From Amphiscolops sp. MND2022 (Eukaryota): a stretch of DNA of 64,000 nucleotides. The notes beneath the pieces were generated by a model. It searched no databases, was not told the DNA's origin, and saw only the letters and a list, made by a program, of their open reading frames with translations. Of this stretch, positions 1-12,734 are shown one piece after another. Numbering within the stretch: position 1 is the first letter of the stretch; each line of letters starts with the position of its first letter. The DNA lies in NCBI GenBank assembly GCA_964187785.1, contig OZ076409.1, positions 96,040,001-96,104,000 of the forward strand. Direction: 5' to 3'. A program made the position numbers and the translations under genes.

Positions 1-1204
1 TATTCGATAAATCAGTGATAATCTGGAATTGAAGGAAAAAAGCGAAAACTTAAATTTATCAAAATCAACTCATTTTGATTTACTATTCACCACAATTTGG
101 AAACTTTTTGGGCTCAAAATCTTCGATTTATATTCAGATAGGAAGTGAAGTGGGAATGTTAGAAGTTAGTGTGAACAAAATCCGCTATGCAAGCAATGTG
201 AATACAAAGTGCAGGCGTGAAATGTGTGGGAAAACACGTTAGAATACACTCCAAATTTCGGTCAAATTTTGGTCAAATATCATTCCGATCGAATAAGTGA
301 TACGCGATTAATCGACCCCTGATCATAAATGCTTTTTAGGATCTCTTTCACTATATCCACCCCCCCCCCCTACTGCAAAAAAGGGGGACATAGTGAAACG
401 CTATTAAATACTTGTATTGCACATTCTAATAGCGCAGATCTGCTCTTATCTAACAACACTTCTGTTTGGCTGAGTGGGGATATTGATGATAAGAACCAAT
501 AAAAAGTGTCGTTAGTTATGACGACATCAATTGATTGACAGAATAGCATGAGAGATAAGCCAATAGGAGATAAATATAAATGAGCCATAGACATTCTTTT
601 TCTCTAGAGGGCACATAGTGTAACGGGTGATATAGGGGGGGGGGTTTGGCATATTGAAAGAGATCCGCTTTTTATAATAAACTGAATTGATAAGGCTGAG
701 AAATATCTGAAGACTCACAAATTGTTTGCTTGAGTAAGTCAAAGCAATTTCATCATTTTAAGCAACAATGGCTTGGGTTTTTGTACATCCGCATTCCCAA
801 ACCTTGACCCCAAATTTTTGATTTCCCTTGAATAGACTAATTTGCATTTTTTGTCGCATAGTGGTGATTCTATGAGTAAAGTTGATTGGAAAAAATCGAT
901 AGAAGGATCGAATTTGATCATACTTGTCATTGATTATTGATTGATGTCTTCCCAAGTTTTATCGATTGGCTCAGTTATCCAAGTGTTTTAAAATCATTAG
1001 CAGGTGATAAGTTGCAGTGACACAATAACCTCAAAAAGTTTTTTTGAAGTTTCTAGAAAAAGCAAAATGAGTTCTTTAACAAAAACGGTACAGTTGTTGA
1101 AATTTATACCTTATAGGAATCTCGATGATTCATATCACATTTTAAAATTTCAATGAAAGCTTTACCACTATGATACTTCTTCTTTTTTCCAAAAAGCACC
1201 AATT

Positions 1205-1674
1205 AACAAGCCGGGAACGGTCCAAGTCGGCGCCAAATCTAAAGCTCAAAAATAGCAAAAGGACTTCGAAATGTCAAAGTATTGGTGAATTGGGGACCCT
1301 TTTATGAAAAAAAATGAAAAAAAAGTCTCACAATGCCAAAAAAACTGAAAGGGGGGACCCTTTGGAGTTTTTCAACATCTATTTTGTCAGAAAATATCAA
1401 AAAATTGAAGAGGGACCCTTCGGTGAATTTTTTTTCCGAAAAAAAGTCTCTCAGAGCCGAAAATACTCTAAGGGAGTACCCTTTGGCCCCGTTGCGTTTC
1501 TTAGAAGATAAAAATACTTCGCAAGCTTTTGAAAAAGTAAAAGTACTTCGCAAGCAAGAATTCATGAAAATTGTAAGAAAAGTGGACCACACAGAGTGAG
1601 ATTGTAGCCTAAAAAAAACTACCCGCTGTAATAGTCGGGCTTTATTCGTTAAAGGAAAAGGCGCCGACTAAAAA
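1205..1674 (-). mobile_element. Helentron-associated non-autonomous element (HINE/DINE-1-like), copy A
   Basis: Asymmetric subterminal inverted repeat AGTCGGCGCC/GGCGCCGACT, terminal stem-loop, T-run ends, internal GGGGACCCTTTGG repeats. Confidence 0.8.
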
Positions 1675-1735
1675 TAATAAAGAAAATAATTGTATTTTTC
1701 CTGGCTAATTCCTGATAACTCTTGTATGACTGTAG

Positions 1736-1964
1736 TTCGGAAGACCCAGTGGAACGAACAGCCAGATCGGTCGAGAAAAGCTTCGCCTCTATATTCATCT
1801 CGGATCTCACGAGCATTCTCGCGTTTTTGATTGGCTCAGCGACTCCTTACTCGGCTGTGAACTTCACTTGTCGCTACCTCGTGTTGTCTCTGTCGTGTCT
1901 GTTTACAGCCGAAGTTACTTTTCTCACTGCCTGCATTGTAATCCATAACAAACGAGTCGTGAAG
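1736..1964 (+). CDS. Patched-family (PTCHD3/Ptr-like) gene, exon encoding the end of the sterol-sensing domain; upstream exons lie outside the window
   Basis: Translation SEDPVERTARSVEKSFASIFISDLTSILAFLIGSATPYSAVNFTCRYLVLSLSCLFTAEVTFLTACIVIHNKRVVK resembles the Patched SSD (SITITSLTD..AF.IG..TP..AV..FC). Acceptor tgtag ends at 1735. Donor is either GC at 1965 or GT at 1956/1959; all are phase 0. Confidence 0.8.
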
Positions 1965-2197
1965 GCGGGGATTCTCAAAATTGATTAATTCAGTTTTTCC
2001 CAAAAAAAAGATGAGTTTTTGTATCAATTTGATAAATATGATTCCATGTCAGTTATAACTAAGGGCTTAGATCTAAACTTTAATGCTTTCATGGTTTTAG
2101 AATTTTTGATTTGCAGATCATCGGTCAATAAAAAAGACGTGAATTTTTTAGTGCGAAATCCCGCTGTAAACAAGGTTCATCTGAGTTTGCGAATTTC

Positions 2198-2241
2198 ACC
2201 TCTGGAATCTTTATAACTGCAGTTATAAAGATTCCAGAGGT
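2198..2241. repeat. Perfect 44-bp palindrome
   Basis: ACCTCTGGAATCTTTATAACTG|CAGTTATAAAGATTCCAGAGGT, no spacer. Confidence 0.95.
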
Positions 2242-2836
2242 CCATAGATCATATAGAACGTTGCATCAATAATATTAGTTTCTTCTCCGATGACAAGACA
2301 GGTTATATAAAATACCTTACTTACTAAGTATAGTACTGTATATTTTGATGTATATCTACGTGCAATCAGTGTAGTAAAAATTTTCGTTGGATGGAAGTTT
2401 TGGTGAACCGAAGTTTTTTCACTGTAGTCGATAATAAAAACTTTGACATGAATTCCAAAATAGTAAAATTAAAATGTTTTGGTGAATTTTTTTAAATATG
2501 TTGAATAAATTGGAGTAAGTTTAGCATACGAATTAGTTCATGTTCACTAGTTGATACGTAACTTTGTGTCACCTTATACTACTGTTGTTGAGTTAAGAAC
2601 TAACTGGGAGCCCGGAATATGCGGGATCTCTTACAGTTTACAATCAATTGTTGAAATTTAAAAACATTCAAAGAACATTCTAAAAGAAGAAAACAACATT
2701 GATTTTCCGCGACTATTTTGGTAAACTTCATCATTAGCTGTGATGTTCATTTTTATTCATAATTCAAATGGAAGTTGAAATACTATTTTCAAAACAGCAA
2801 TAACTGCGATAATTTCATTTATTGGGTGTCAGAATC

Positions 2837-3050
2837 TGAAGTAAGGTAAAGATTCAAACAATGTATTTAAAAACTGAAGTGGCTAAATAGAAAGCTTGCT
2901 CAATGGTATCGCAACTGTACTATAGCTCATCGTATCGTATATGTGTATTATAGCTACATGACTTCAAGATGTTGTAGACTGGTACTTTTCTATCATGAAT
3001 CAGTCTTAAAATGTCAGTTCGTAGGGTGGCGTATCATTGTCCATGCCACA
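2837..3050 (-). repeat. E1 3' LTR
   Basis: TGAAGTAAGG...CCATGCCACA, near-identical to 11108-11320; adjoining PPT at 3051-3060 (GGAGGGGGAA on - strand). Confidence 0.95.
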
Positions 3051-3178
3051 TTCCCCCTCCGTGGGAGTTTATGGAAACCAAGCTTGCTCGGGCCTCGCAT
3101 TCTTTATCCGAGGAAAAGGTGGGATAGAGTACCTCTTCGGGACGGTGAAAGCGTAAGAAGTTCCTAAATAAACATTGG

Positions 3179-6100
3179 TTAAAAGTATTCAACTCCACCT
3201 AACTTCACTGTCCGCCGAGCTGTTCTTATTCTTTCGGATCTACGTGGTTCCAATTCGAGGTTTAATTGGTTGTTCTCTACATTAATTCTATGTTTTAAAC
3301 CTACTTTACCTGCGTTATCCGGTTCTGTTTCGGCGGTGGTGGTTGTGTTTTGACCGTGTATCGGTGTTCCGGACGTGTCTGGTTGAGTTATATCGGTGGC
3401 TACTTCCGTACTACAGTCGATTGGGGAGGAAGGCATCGGCGTCTGTGACCGTATACGGTCTATTTCCCGTCCGATTTCGGCCCGCAGGGTGGTAATGTTT
3501 GGGAGTTCTTCTTCTTCATCGGAGCTAACTTTTTCCTCATTGTTACCGTTGGATTCCAAATCACGACTGGACGATTCGTAGGTAATTATCCGACTGTGTG
3601 TTCTTTTTTTTATTCGATGTGGTAGGCATCATGGGAATTGTGTGGCTAGTGCTTGGTTCGTTGTTGTTATCGTCCTGTTCGACTGTTTGTAAGCGTAGAT
3701 GCGTCTCACACAGTTCACCACTGCTAAACTTTCCACATCGACGGCATCTGTTTGTGGCTTTCCTTGGTTCTTCCGACTTTCTTGGTATCTGAAATTTTAA
3801 AGGTCTAGATGCCAGTTTTTTATGTATTGTTCTCCCTTCGGAGGTGGTCACAGTGTGATCCGTCTCTGCTACGGCAGTTAAAATCTTGTTTGTTTTAAAA
3901 CCACATTTCATTGAATTTGGTTTACTTTCCTTTTCGTAAAATTGATAGTTTTTAAAATCCCGGCTTACCGAGAGACCTCTTTTTCTTGTGTCGTTGAGAA
4001 CCAAATAATCTGCCATCTCGCCGTCCGAATCGTTAATGGTGACGACTTGGAGTTCCGTGGGTTGGGCTGAAATATAATTGGTTAGTGTTTTCTTCCAATT
4101 AGACAACAGGCATTCTGGTTTATCTATGAGATTTGTTAGCGCTGTTCGTGGTCTTCTACCTAAATGCATCTGAAAGGGTGTTATTTTCAGTCTACTGTGT
4201 GGCGTCTGTCTAATTGTTCTTATTGACAATTGTACGCTGTCTTCAGAAGTTAATCCGTCCACCATGCTTGCTCTGGTAAAGGATTTAATTGTCCGTATGG
4301 TTCGCTCTACTAGGCCGGTACCTGTGTGTAAGTTTCGCGTACATCTAATGCGTTTAATATTCTGGCCGTCGCAGAACTGTTTAAATTCGCTACTTTTAAA
4401 ACAACTACCGTTGTCGGTTCTAATTGTCCGTGGTGTTCCATTATCCGTAAAATATTTTGCTAAAAATTTCAGGACGGTCCGTGTGTCGGTACTTTTATAG
4501 ATTTGCGCGGTTGGCCATTTGCTAAAACTAAATATATAAACGGCTACTAAAATATAAACGTCTCCGCGTGTTTTCGATTTGATTGGACCAGCGAAGTCAA
4601 ATTGGATTTCTTGATTCGGTTCGGTTAAAATTTCTAAACTATTTTTCTCCGTTGACGGAATTTGTGTAATAATATTCTTACCTGCAGCTCTGCAACTTGG
4701 GCAGGATTCGGTCTTCTCTTGTATCTCGCGCTGTATTCCGGGCCACCAGAAGGCTTCCGACAGTTGTTCCATCCTAGCGGTTGATGCGTGACCATGATGT
4801 AACATAGCTATAACCGTAGTCCGCATATTTTTGGGGATTACGATTTTATCATTATAAAACAATAATCCAAAGCGAGTGGAGAGATGTAATCGATGGGGAC
4901 GATATGGATAAAATATATTATCCAATTGTTGTTTTTCAATTGCTGCGATCGCGTTTAGAATCTTCACGTCCCGTGCCGTTTCGTCAACCAAGAGAGGGAG
5001 GTCTAACGCAAAGTCCTTTTCAGCTCTTTTGATAGTTTCTTCGGTGTTTTCGTTTTGATTTGTGCTAGGGGAGTTTTTCTTTACCGTCTGTTTTAGCCGG
5101 ATGAGGTTTATGGTCTCATACTTCTTGAATTTCTTTAATGCGTTCATGGGGCACTTGTCTTGTTTCGTCCGGCTTACCTCGCTCTCCCCATCTGACTGGT
5201 TGTTGTGCAGCCAAGACTCGTTGTTGTTCTGCTGATACTCCCACAGTAGTGTAGTTCCAATCGTCTCGCAGAACTGGAAGAAACGGTTATATATTCCAAT
5301 GTTGAGCTCTGCTATTCGCTTTCTGCCGGATTGGTTCAGCCTGTATTCTTGTATACGTTCGCTGTCCTTGCCCTTTCCCACGATGCGGGTCTTGGCCGGC
5401 TTTAAGATGTGATTCCTTTCGATCCAAAGGCGCTTTGTCTCTGGGGAATGGCCCCTTTTCTTGTAAATGAAGTCCATGTCAATGCCATTGACTTTGTCCA
5501 TTTTGTTCTTTGACGAAATTTGATTCACTGTGCTAACACTGTTTATTGACGGTGAGGTTTTAAACAAATGAGTGTTTGGAATTCGTTCGCGTAAGTTTTT
5601 GCTTTGCTGTGATTGGTCGAGATTTTCTCTCGCGGTAGTTTGTTCGCTGAATTGTTTGATGCTTCCTCGCGCTCGGTTGAATTCGAATAAGCCGTATATT
5701 TGATTAACGACGAACTCCTCGTCGGCTTCCGTTTCGTTTTGTCCGTCCGCTTTGTTTTCTAACTCGGCGATTTCGGTCGGTATGATCGGATGACGGCTTA
5801 GATAGTCCGTTAGCGGTATGTTTTTACCAGCTGTGTATTGGACATTAAAATCAAAATGGCCTAATCAATCCAGCCAACAAGTTAGCCGTGCGCTGTATTG
5901 TTTATGTGCCCGATTCTTTTTCAATAATGGTTGTAACGCCTGGTGATCCGTTAATAAGTTTACTCTTTTACCGTAAACAAAATATCTAAAATACTCTAAT
6001 CCCCATAGAGCTCCCAATAATTCTAGCTCATTTATTGCGTATTTTTTTTCGCAATCGGTTAAAAATCTACTGGCAAAAGCTACGGGTCTGAATACTACAC

Positions 6101-9100
6101 CTTCTTTTTGCCACAAAGTTGCACCGAGTCCGGTGTTGCAGGCGTCTGTTGTGATGTAATTTTCTCCCTTCGGGTCAAAGTGTGCGAGGCATGGGGCTTC
6201 GGTTATCTCTTTCTTCAGCCTCTCGAAATCCTCATTTGTTTCTGCTGTCCACTCCCATCGAACGTCCTTCTTTAGTAGTCTCCTCATTCGATCAGTCTTC
6301 TTTGATAGGTTGTTGATGAATTTGGACAAGTGTTGTATGGAGCCCAGGAAGGATTTCAACTCTTTTACGTTCTTTGGTGCGGCTAGTTTGGTTATCGCTT
6401 CTGTTTTATCTCTAATTGGTTTCACGCCGTTCTGGTTGATGAAGTAACCGAGCCAGGTTAATTCTTTCTTGAATAGCTCTGTTTTCTTTTCGCTAGCCCG
6501 GTAACCTGCATTTTGTAGCTTCATGAGGACTTCTCGTACCTCTTTTTCGTGTTCTTCAATACTGCCGTTAGTCACATAAATAATGTCATCGAGCCAAACT
6601 GGGGTTTTGAACTCTAGGACTTTGTCAATGTGTTCCTGAAACACCGTGGGGATATCTGATAGTCCATAGAAGCCCTTCTTGAACCGATAATGTCCAGTAA
6701 AGTCTCCGCCAATAATTGAAAATACGCAGTGTTTTGCTGCCTCCTTGGACAGTTTTGCTTGGCCGTAAGCATAATCTAAGTCAATTTTTGACATCCAAAT
6801 CTCACCTTCGCCGTCTGTGATCTTTGCTGAGATTTTACCGACTAATTCTTCCATGTTTGGCATTGCAGCTTTTCGTTTTATGCATGCTTCATTAAGCTTT
6901 CTTGAATCCAACGCAATTTTGACGGATTTGTCTTTTTTGATTGTTATGACTGCCGGGGAGATAAAACAATTCTCTGTAGTTTTGTCTGCTTTCTCAAGGT
7001 GTCCCGATTTGAATAATTTTTCTAATTCCTCTCGGAAACTTTTTTGGAAATGTATGGGAACAGGTCGTCCCTTTTGTTGTATGGGTTTGGCATCTTTTTT
7101 CAATTGAATATCGATTGTAAGATCTTTTATGGTGTGGTTGTTTTTCAGCTCAGTCCTTTTCAGCTCTTTTGATAGTTTCTTCGGTGTTTTCGTTTTGATT
7201 TGTGCTAGGGGAGTTTTTCTTTACCGTCTGTTTTAGCCGGATGAGGTTTATGGTCTCATACTTCTTGAATTTCTTTAATGCGTTCTTGGGGCACTTGTCT
7301 TGTTTCGTCCGGCTTACCTCGCTCTCCCCATCTGACTGGTTGTTGTGCAGCCAAGACTCGTTGTTGTTCTGCTGATACTCCCACAGTGGTGTAGTTCCAA
7401 TCGTCTCGCAGAACTGGAAGAAACGGTTATATATTCCAATGTTGAGCTCTGCTATTCGCTTTCTGCCGGATTGGTTTGGCCTGTATTCTTGTATACGTTC
7501 GCTGTCCTTGCCCTTTCCCACGATGCGGGTCTTGGCCGGCTTTAAGATGTGATTCCTTTCGATCCAAAGGCGCTTTGTCTCTGGGGAATGGCCCCTTTTC
7601 TTGTAAATGAAGTCCATGTCAATGCCATTGACTTTGTCCATTTTGTTCTTTGACGAAATTTGATTCACTGTGCTAACACTGTTTATTGGCGGTGAGGTTT
7701 TAAACAAATGAGTGTTTGGAATTCGTTCGCGTAAGTTTTTGCTTTGCTGTGATTGGTCGAGATTTTCTCTCGCGGTAGTTTGTTCGCTGAATTGTTTGAT
7801 GCTTCCTCGCGCTCGGTTGAATTCGAATAAGCCGTATATTTGATTAACGACGAACTCCTCGTCGGCTTCCGTTTCGTTTTGTCCGTCCGCTTTGTTTTCG
7901 AACTCGGCGATTTCGGTCGGTATGATCGGATGACGGCTTAGATAGTCCGTTAGCGGTATGTTTTTACCAGCTGTGTATTGGACATTAACATCAAAAAGGC
8001 TTAATCAATCCAGCCAACAAGTTAGCCGTGCGCTGTATTGTTTATGTGCCCGATTCTTTTTCAATAATGTTTGTAACGCCTGGTGACCCGTTAATAAGTT
8101 TACTCTTTTACCGTAAACAAAATATCTAAAATACTCTAATCCCCATAGAGCTCCCAATAATTCTAGCTCCTTTATTGCGTATTTTTTTTCGCAATCGGTT
8201 AAAAATCTACTGGCAAAAGCTACGGGTCTGAATACTACACCTTCCTTTTGCCACAAAGTTGCACCGAGTCCGGTGTTGCAGGCGTCTGTTGTGATGTAAT
8301 TTTCTCCCTTCGGGTCAAAGTGTGCGAGGCATGGGGGTTCGATTATCTCTTTCTTCAGCCTCTCGAAATCCTCATTTGTTTCTGCTGTCCTTTCCCATCG
8401 AACGTCCTTCTTTAGTAGTCTCCTCATTCGATCAGTCTTCTTTGATAGGTTGTTGATGAATTTGGACAAGTGTTGTATGGAGCCCAGGAAGGATTTTAAC
8501 TCTTTTACGTTCTTTGGTGCGGTTAGTTTGGTTATCGCTTCTGTTTTATCTCTAATTGGTTTCACGCCGTTCTGGTTGATGAAGTAACCGAGCCAGGTTA
8601 ATTCTTTCTTGAATAGCTCTGTTTTCTTTTCGCTAGCCCGGTAACCTGCATTTTATAGCTTCATGAGGACTTCTCGTACCTCTTTTTCGTGTTCTTCAAT
8701 ACTGCCGTTAGTCACACAGATAATGTCATCGAGCCAAACTGGGGTTTTGAACTCTAAGACTTTGTCAATGTGTTCCTGAAACACCGTGGGGATATCTGAT
8801 AGTCCATAGAAGCCCTTCTTGAACCGATAATGTCCAGTAAAGTCTCCGCCAATACTTAGAAATACGCAGTGTTTTGCTGCCTCCTTGGACAGTTTTGCTT
8901 AGCCGTAAGCATAATCTAAGTCAATTTTTGACATCCAAATCTCACCTTCGCCGTCTGTGATCTTTGCTGAGATTTTACCGACTAATTCTTCCATGTTTGG
9001 CATTGCAGCTTTTCGTTTTATGCATGCTTCATTAAGCTTTCTTGAATCCAACGCAATTTTGACGGATTTGTCTTTTTTGATTGTTATGACTGCCGGGGAG

Positions 9101-9525
9101 ATAAAACAATTCTCTGTAGTTTTGTCTGCTTTCTCAAGGTGTCCCGATTTGAATAATTTTTCTAATTCCTCTCGGACACTTTTTTGGAAATGTATGGGAA
9201 CAGGTCGTCCCTTTTGTTGTATGGGTTTGGCATCTTTTTTCAATTGAATATCGATTGTAAGATCTTTTATGGTGTGGTTGTTTTTGAAAAGATCTTCATG
9301 TTCGTCAATGATTTACTTTCGTCTTTCGTCTTCTTCTACATGGCGGATCACATTCATTTTTCTGTTGCCTTGTAACCCAATTTCCAATTTGTCCAGCCAG
9401 TCTAATCTCAATAGTGACTGTGTATTTTTGTTTTCTGTGATGAGGATTGGCAGTACTTCTTTACTCTTCTCCGTTCTCACTTCGACCATTGCCTCGCCCT
9501 TGAATGTGATGGGATTTTTGTTCAC
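3179..9525 (-). pseudogene. pol: E1 pol (RT-RNase H duplicated, then integrase), with stops and frameshifts
   Basis: RT WLDD, RNase H TTDAC...ELELL...TDH, integrase HHGH..CPSC and DFAGP/TDNG/GLVER; stops at 5865, 8005 and 8899. Confidence 0.92.
5012..9285. repeat. 2134-bp tandem duplication (5012-7145 and 7152-9285) within E1 pol
   Basis: Constant 2140-bp offset; ORF pairs 5865/8005 and 7103/9243; 6-bp junction CAGCTC. Confidence 0.95.
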
Positions 9526-11084
9526 GTCAACAAGGTTTTTGTCGTTTTCTTTATTTCTTTTGGTGTAATTATTGGAGGTATGATTGTCACGGGTGAGCCG
9601 GTATCTATGATAAATTCTATTGGTTGGCCGTGGACCAATAGGATTGCTTTGTAAAAATCAACGCGGTTCACTCCGTTGACGGATTGAATGTGATCGATTT
9701 CCGGCCATGGCTCGGTACTGCTGTCCGATGAGGCTACTTCTTTTATCCGGCTAACGGTTATAGATTTGCACACCTTGGCAAAATGTCCCATCTTCTTGCA
9801 GTTGTTGCATTGGGCCTTCCGTGCCGGACAAACATGTTCCATTGACCAGTTTGGTTTTCCGCAAAAGCGGCAATCACGGTTTGGAAACTTTTTCTTCTCG
9901 GTGAAAGTCGTTTTGCGTTTCCGTGACTGGTTAGTGTAGCCAATCAGTTCAGTGGATGTCGAGCTGTTTGATGAGTCTTTTCTAGCTTTTTTGTTTTTCG
10001 GCTTTTTGTCTCCGTATTTTCGGTTGTAGTTGTCAAGTTCGATTGTCTCAAGGACCAATTTTATCTTCAACGGGCCCTTTATGAATTTATCACGGGCTCT
10101 TTTGTCTCTGACGGTAGAAGCGAATTTGTATGTGATAATTTCTTCCGCTGTGATATTACCGAAATCGCACTTTCTCTCAGTGTCCACCAATCTTTTCCAA
10201 AATTCGTCCATTGTTTCGTTGTCTTCCTGTCTCATATTGAAAAATTGTGCCCGGCTGTGGAATACATTCCTGATGGGAAGGAAGGTTTTTTTGAATAGTG
10301 TCAGTAATTCGGGTAGTTGGACATCTTTTAGTTCACAGCCCCACTGGCCTCTCATGATTTCGTGTTTGGCTTTTGGGCCAAGTGCCCAGATAACATCAAT
10401 TTTATGTGGTATGCTGTGTGTGGGTCCATGTACTCTATGATCTCGTCTATGATTTCGTCCAGATTTCGGTTGTACGTTAGGTGGATGTATTCAGAGATTT
10501 GTTCCCACCACATCTTGGGGTTGATCTTTGCGAGGTCTGTGTCTCTATCGGATAAGATAGGGATTTTGTATTTGCTTTTTAGTCGGCGCTTTTCGAAGAA
10601 AAACGCAGACTATAGTAGTGACTTCTTTTTTTTAAGACCAACGAACTGACAGATTTTATAAATTTTATAAGTTGGCACTAAACCGGCACTAACACTAAAC
10701 TGTGTCACACTACTTCACTGCCACTTGGCCACTACGGCTTTTTCGAGGTCTGACAAGCAGAATGACATGGGTTCGAGTCCCGCTATGACCAAAATTTTTT
10801 CAAAAAATCTGATTTTTCAAAAAAAATCGGATTTCAAAAAAATTTCAAAAAAATTGGATTTTTTTTTCAATTTTTCCTCAAACGGGTACTGTAGAAGAGA
10901 ATACTTGACACTTTGAAGTCCTTTTGTTATTTTTGAGCCTTAGATATGGCGCCGACTTGGGCCGTTCCCGGCTTGTTTCCATTCGTTCTGATGATGTTGT
11001 CTGGTTGCTGCTCATTCTAGTCGATTGTTCCGATGAATTCGGTTCACCCTCCGTTGAATTGGGGTTGATATTGTTGTTTTCCAT
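9522..11084 (-). pseudogene. gag: E1 gag-protease, interrupted by a HINE insertion and frameshifts
   Basis: ATG at 11084; the frame resumes as KYKIPILSD after removing 10576-10978; knuckles CRFCG...H.CPA and CNNCKKMGHFAKVC; protease IIDTGSPVT. Confidence 0.85.
10576..10978 (+). mobile_element. HINE copy B, inserted in E1 gag
   Basis: TTTTTAGTCGGCGC...GGCGCCGACTTGGGCCGTTCCCGGCTTGTT; inserted in a T run with no TSD. Confidence 0.85.
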
Positions 11085-11094
11085 TGTTCAGATT

Positions 11095-11107
11095 GCTGAC
11101 TGCGCCA
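11095..11107 (-). promoter_or_regulatory. E1 primer-binding site (tRNA-Ser-like)
   Basis: TGGCGCAGTCAGC directly after the LTR; resembles the complement of tRNA-Ser 3' ends. Confidence 0.7.
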
Positions 11108-11320
11108 TGAAGTAAGGTAAAGATTCAAACAATGTATTTAAAAACTGAAGTGGCTAAGTAGAAAGCTTGCTCAATGGTATCGCAACTGTACTATAGCTCA
11201 TCGTATCGTATATATGTATTATAGCTACATGACTTCAAGATGTTGTAGACTGGTACTTTTCTATCATGAATCAGTCTTCAAATGTCAGTTCGTAGGGTGG
11301 CGTATCATTGTCCATGCCAC
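11108..11320 (-). repeat. E1 5' LTR
   Basis: Three internal substitutions seen versus 2837-3050; abuts the PBS. Confidence 0.95.
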
Positions 11321-11668
11321 GAATCACTTCACGCGGTTGAGGCTACAACGTTTAGTGTGTTCTCTTCCCTAACTGTAGGGGTATTTCGTTCGGAGATCGT
11401 TCTGCTGTTGTTTACTTGTTCGGCAAAAGTTCAGACCAATGTCGTTAATTCACGAACTTGGTTGTTCATCTCGAAAAATCTCTGATCAGTTCTAATTCTG
11501 TCGTGTTTTCGTTCCTGGTGTCCAATTCATTTTGCTTCAATTCCTTTTGCCCTTGATTATAAGAATAGAAAAGATCCTTTTAACTACTAGAAAAAGTATA
11601 ATTTTTTTGGTTATATAGACTTTAGTAGTAAGTAAGCTATTTATGTTTGATAATCCCCCCGTGTGAAG

Positions 11669-11797
11669 GAACATCACTGTATTTGTTGTTGGGAACCAGT
11701 GGAAGAAGGGGAGGAGCAATTCATTTTTCCCTTCTACCCCCAAGTCGTGTCCAAGTTGTCCTCCTACGACAGTGGAATGGAAAAGAAAATCGGGAAG
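11669..11797 (+). CDS. Patched-family exon (cytoplasmic loop, EHHCICCW...KKIGK)
   Basis: gaag|GAA acceptor and AAG|gttggc donor, 129 nt, phase 0/0. HHCICC matches the RH..CC motif that follows the SSD in PTCHD-like proteins. Confidence 0.7.
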
Positions 11798-12734
11798 GTT
11801 GGCTACTCATTTCAACATTGGTCGCAAATCAACTTCAGTCACTGAATAAACTAGAAAAGAACTTTGGAAATGTGAGATTTTCTTAAAAATACTCGAAAAT
11901 CAACTTCAGTGACAAAATAAACTGCGAGTCAACGTGAGTCTTAGCACTATAGTCCTGATATTAGAAAATGGAATATCTGTCAGCTGATAAAGTTTGAAAC
12001 ACCTTTTGGTTTTGCGATAGAAAAAAAATGGAAAGGTGATAGAAAAAAAATGGAAAGAAAAAAAGAGAAAGAATGCTCGAAAACTCTTGCTCAACCTCAG
12101 TGAAAAAAACTGCGAGTTATAGGCTGGTCAGTTTCATCACACAGTTCACAGGGAAAAGAATGGAATAAACACTGGGGGACCAAAAAGCTGAAGAAACTCG
12201 ACGTGGCTAACTCAAATTTTCAAAGAGCAACATCTTTTTACAAAAAAATGTCATAAACAAAAAAGTTTCTCGTATTTTGATCAGGTTAACAATGGTATTT
12301 GTAATTATTCGAAGCCATTTTTCAAAAGGTATATCCAATAGCTTTTAGAGACGTTTTGGAATGTTTTGAACTCCATTACGTAATACTTCAAAAACTGCTC
12401 AGAAGAAAAACATCAATCGATCTATTTTGTAGCCTAGACACTGTTCTTCAACTTTTATATTTAACACTTCTGAAAATGCTTTCTTGAAAAACAAACCGCC
12501 AAAAATCGTTCTAATTCCGACGAAATACTATTTTTACAGAGTAAAAGTTGAAAAAATGACATTTTGTGGTGTAAATTCATAGGGAGGGCGTTTTTGTTTT
12601 AGAAATAGTGTTGAAGTCAAAAGGTAGAAACCTGAATCAAAAGTACAAAGTTTGTTGTAAGTATTTTTAATTACGAACAGCGGTTTGCTTGATAAATTTC
12701 GGAAAATGCCAAAAGTAAGAAAAAGCTAAGTGTT

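Larger units (their letters stand above)
2837..11320 (-). mobile_element. E1: Ty3/gypsy (Mag-like) LTR retrotransposon, decayed, in a Patched intron
   Basis: Paired ~213-bp LTRs, GAATC target duplication (2832-2836 / 11321-11325), PBS and PPT present, gag-PR-RT-RH-IN order. Confidence 0.95.
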
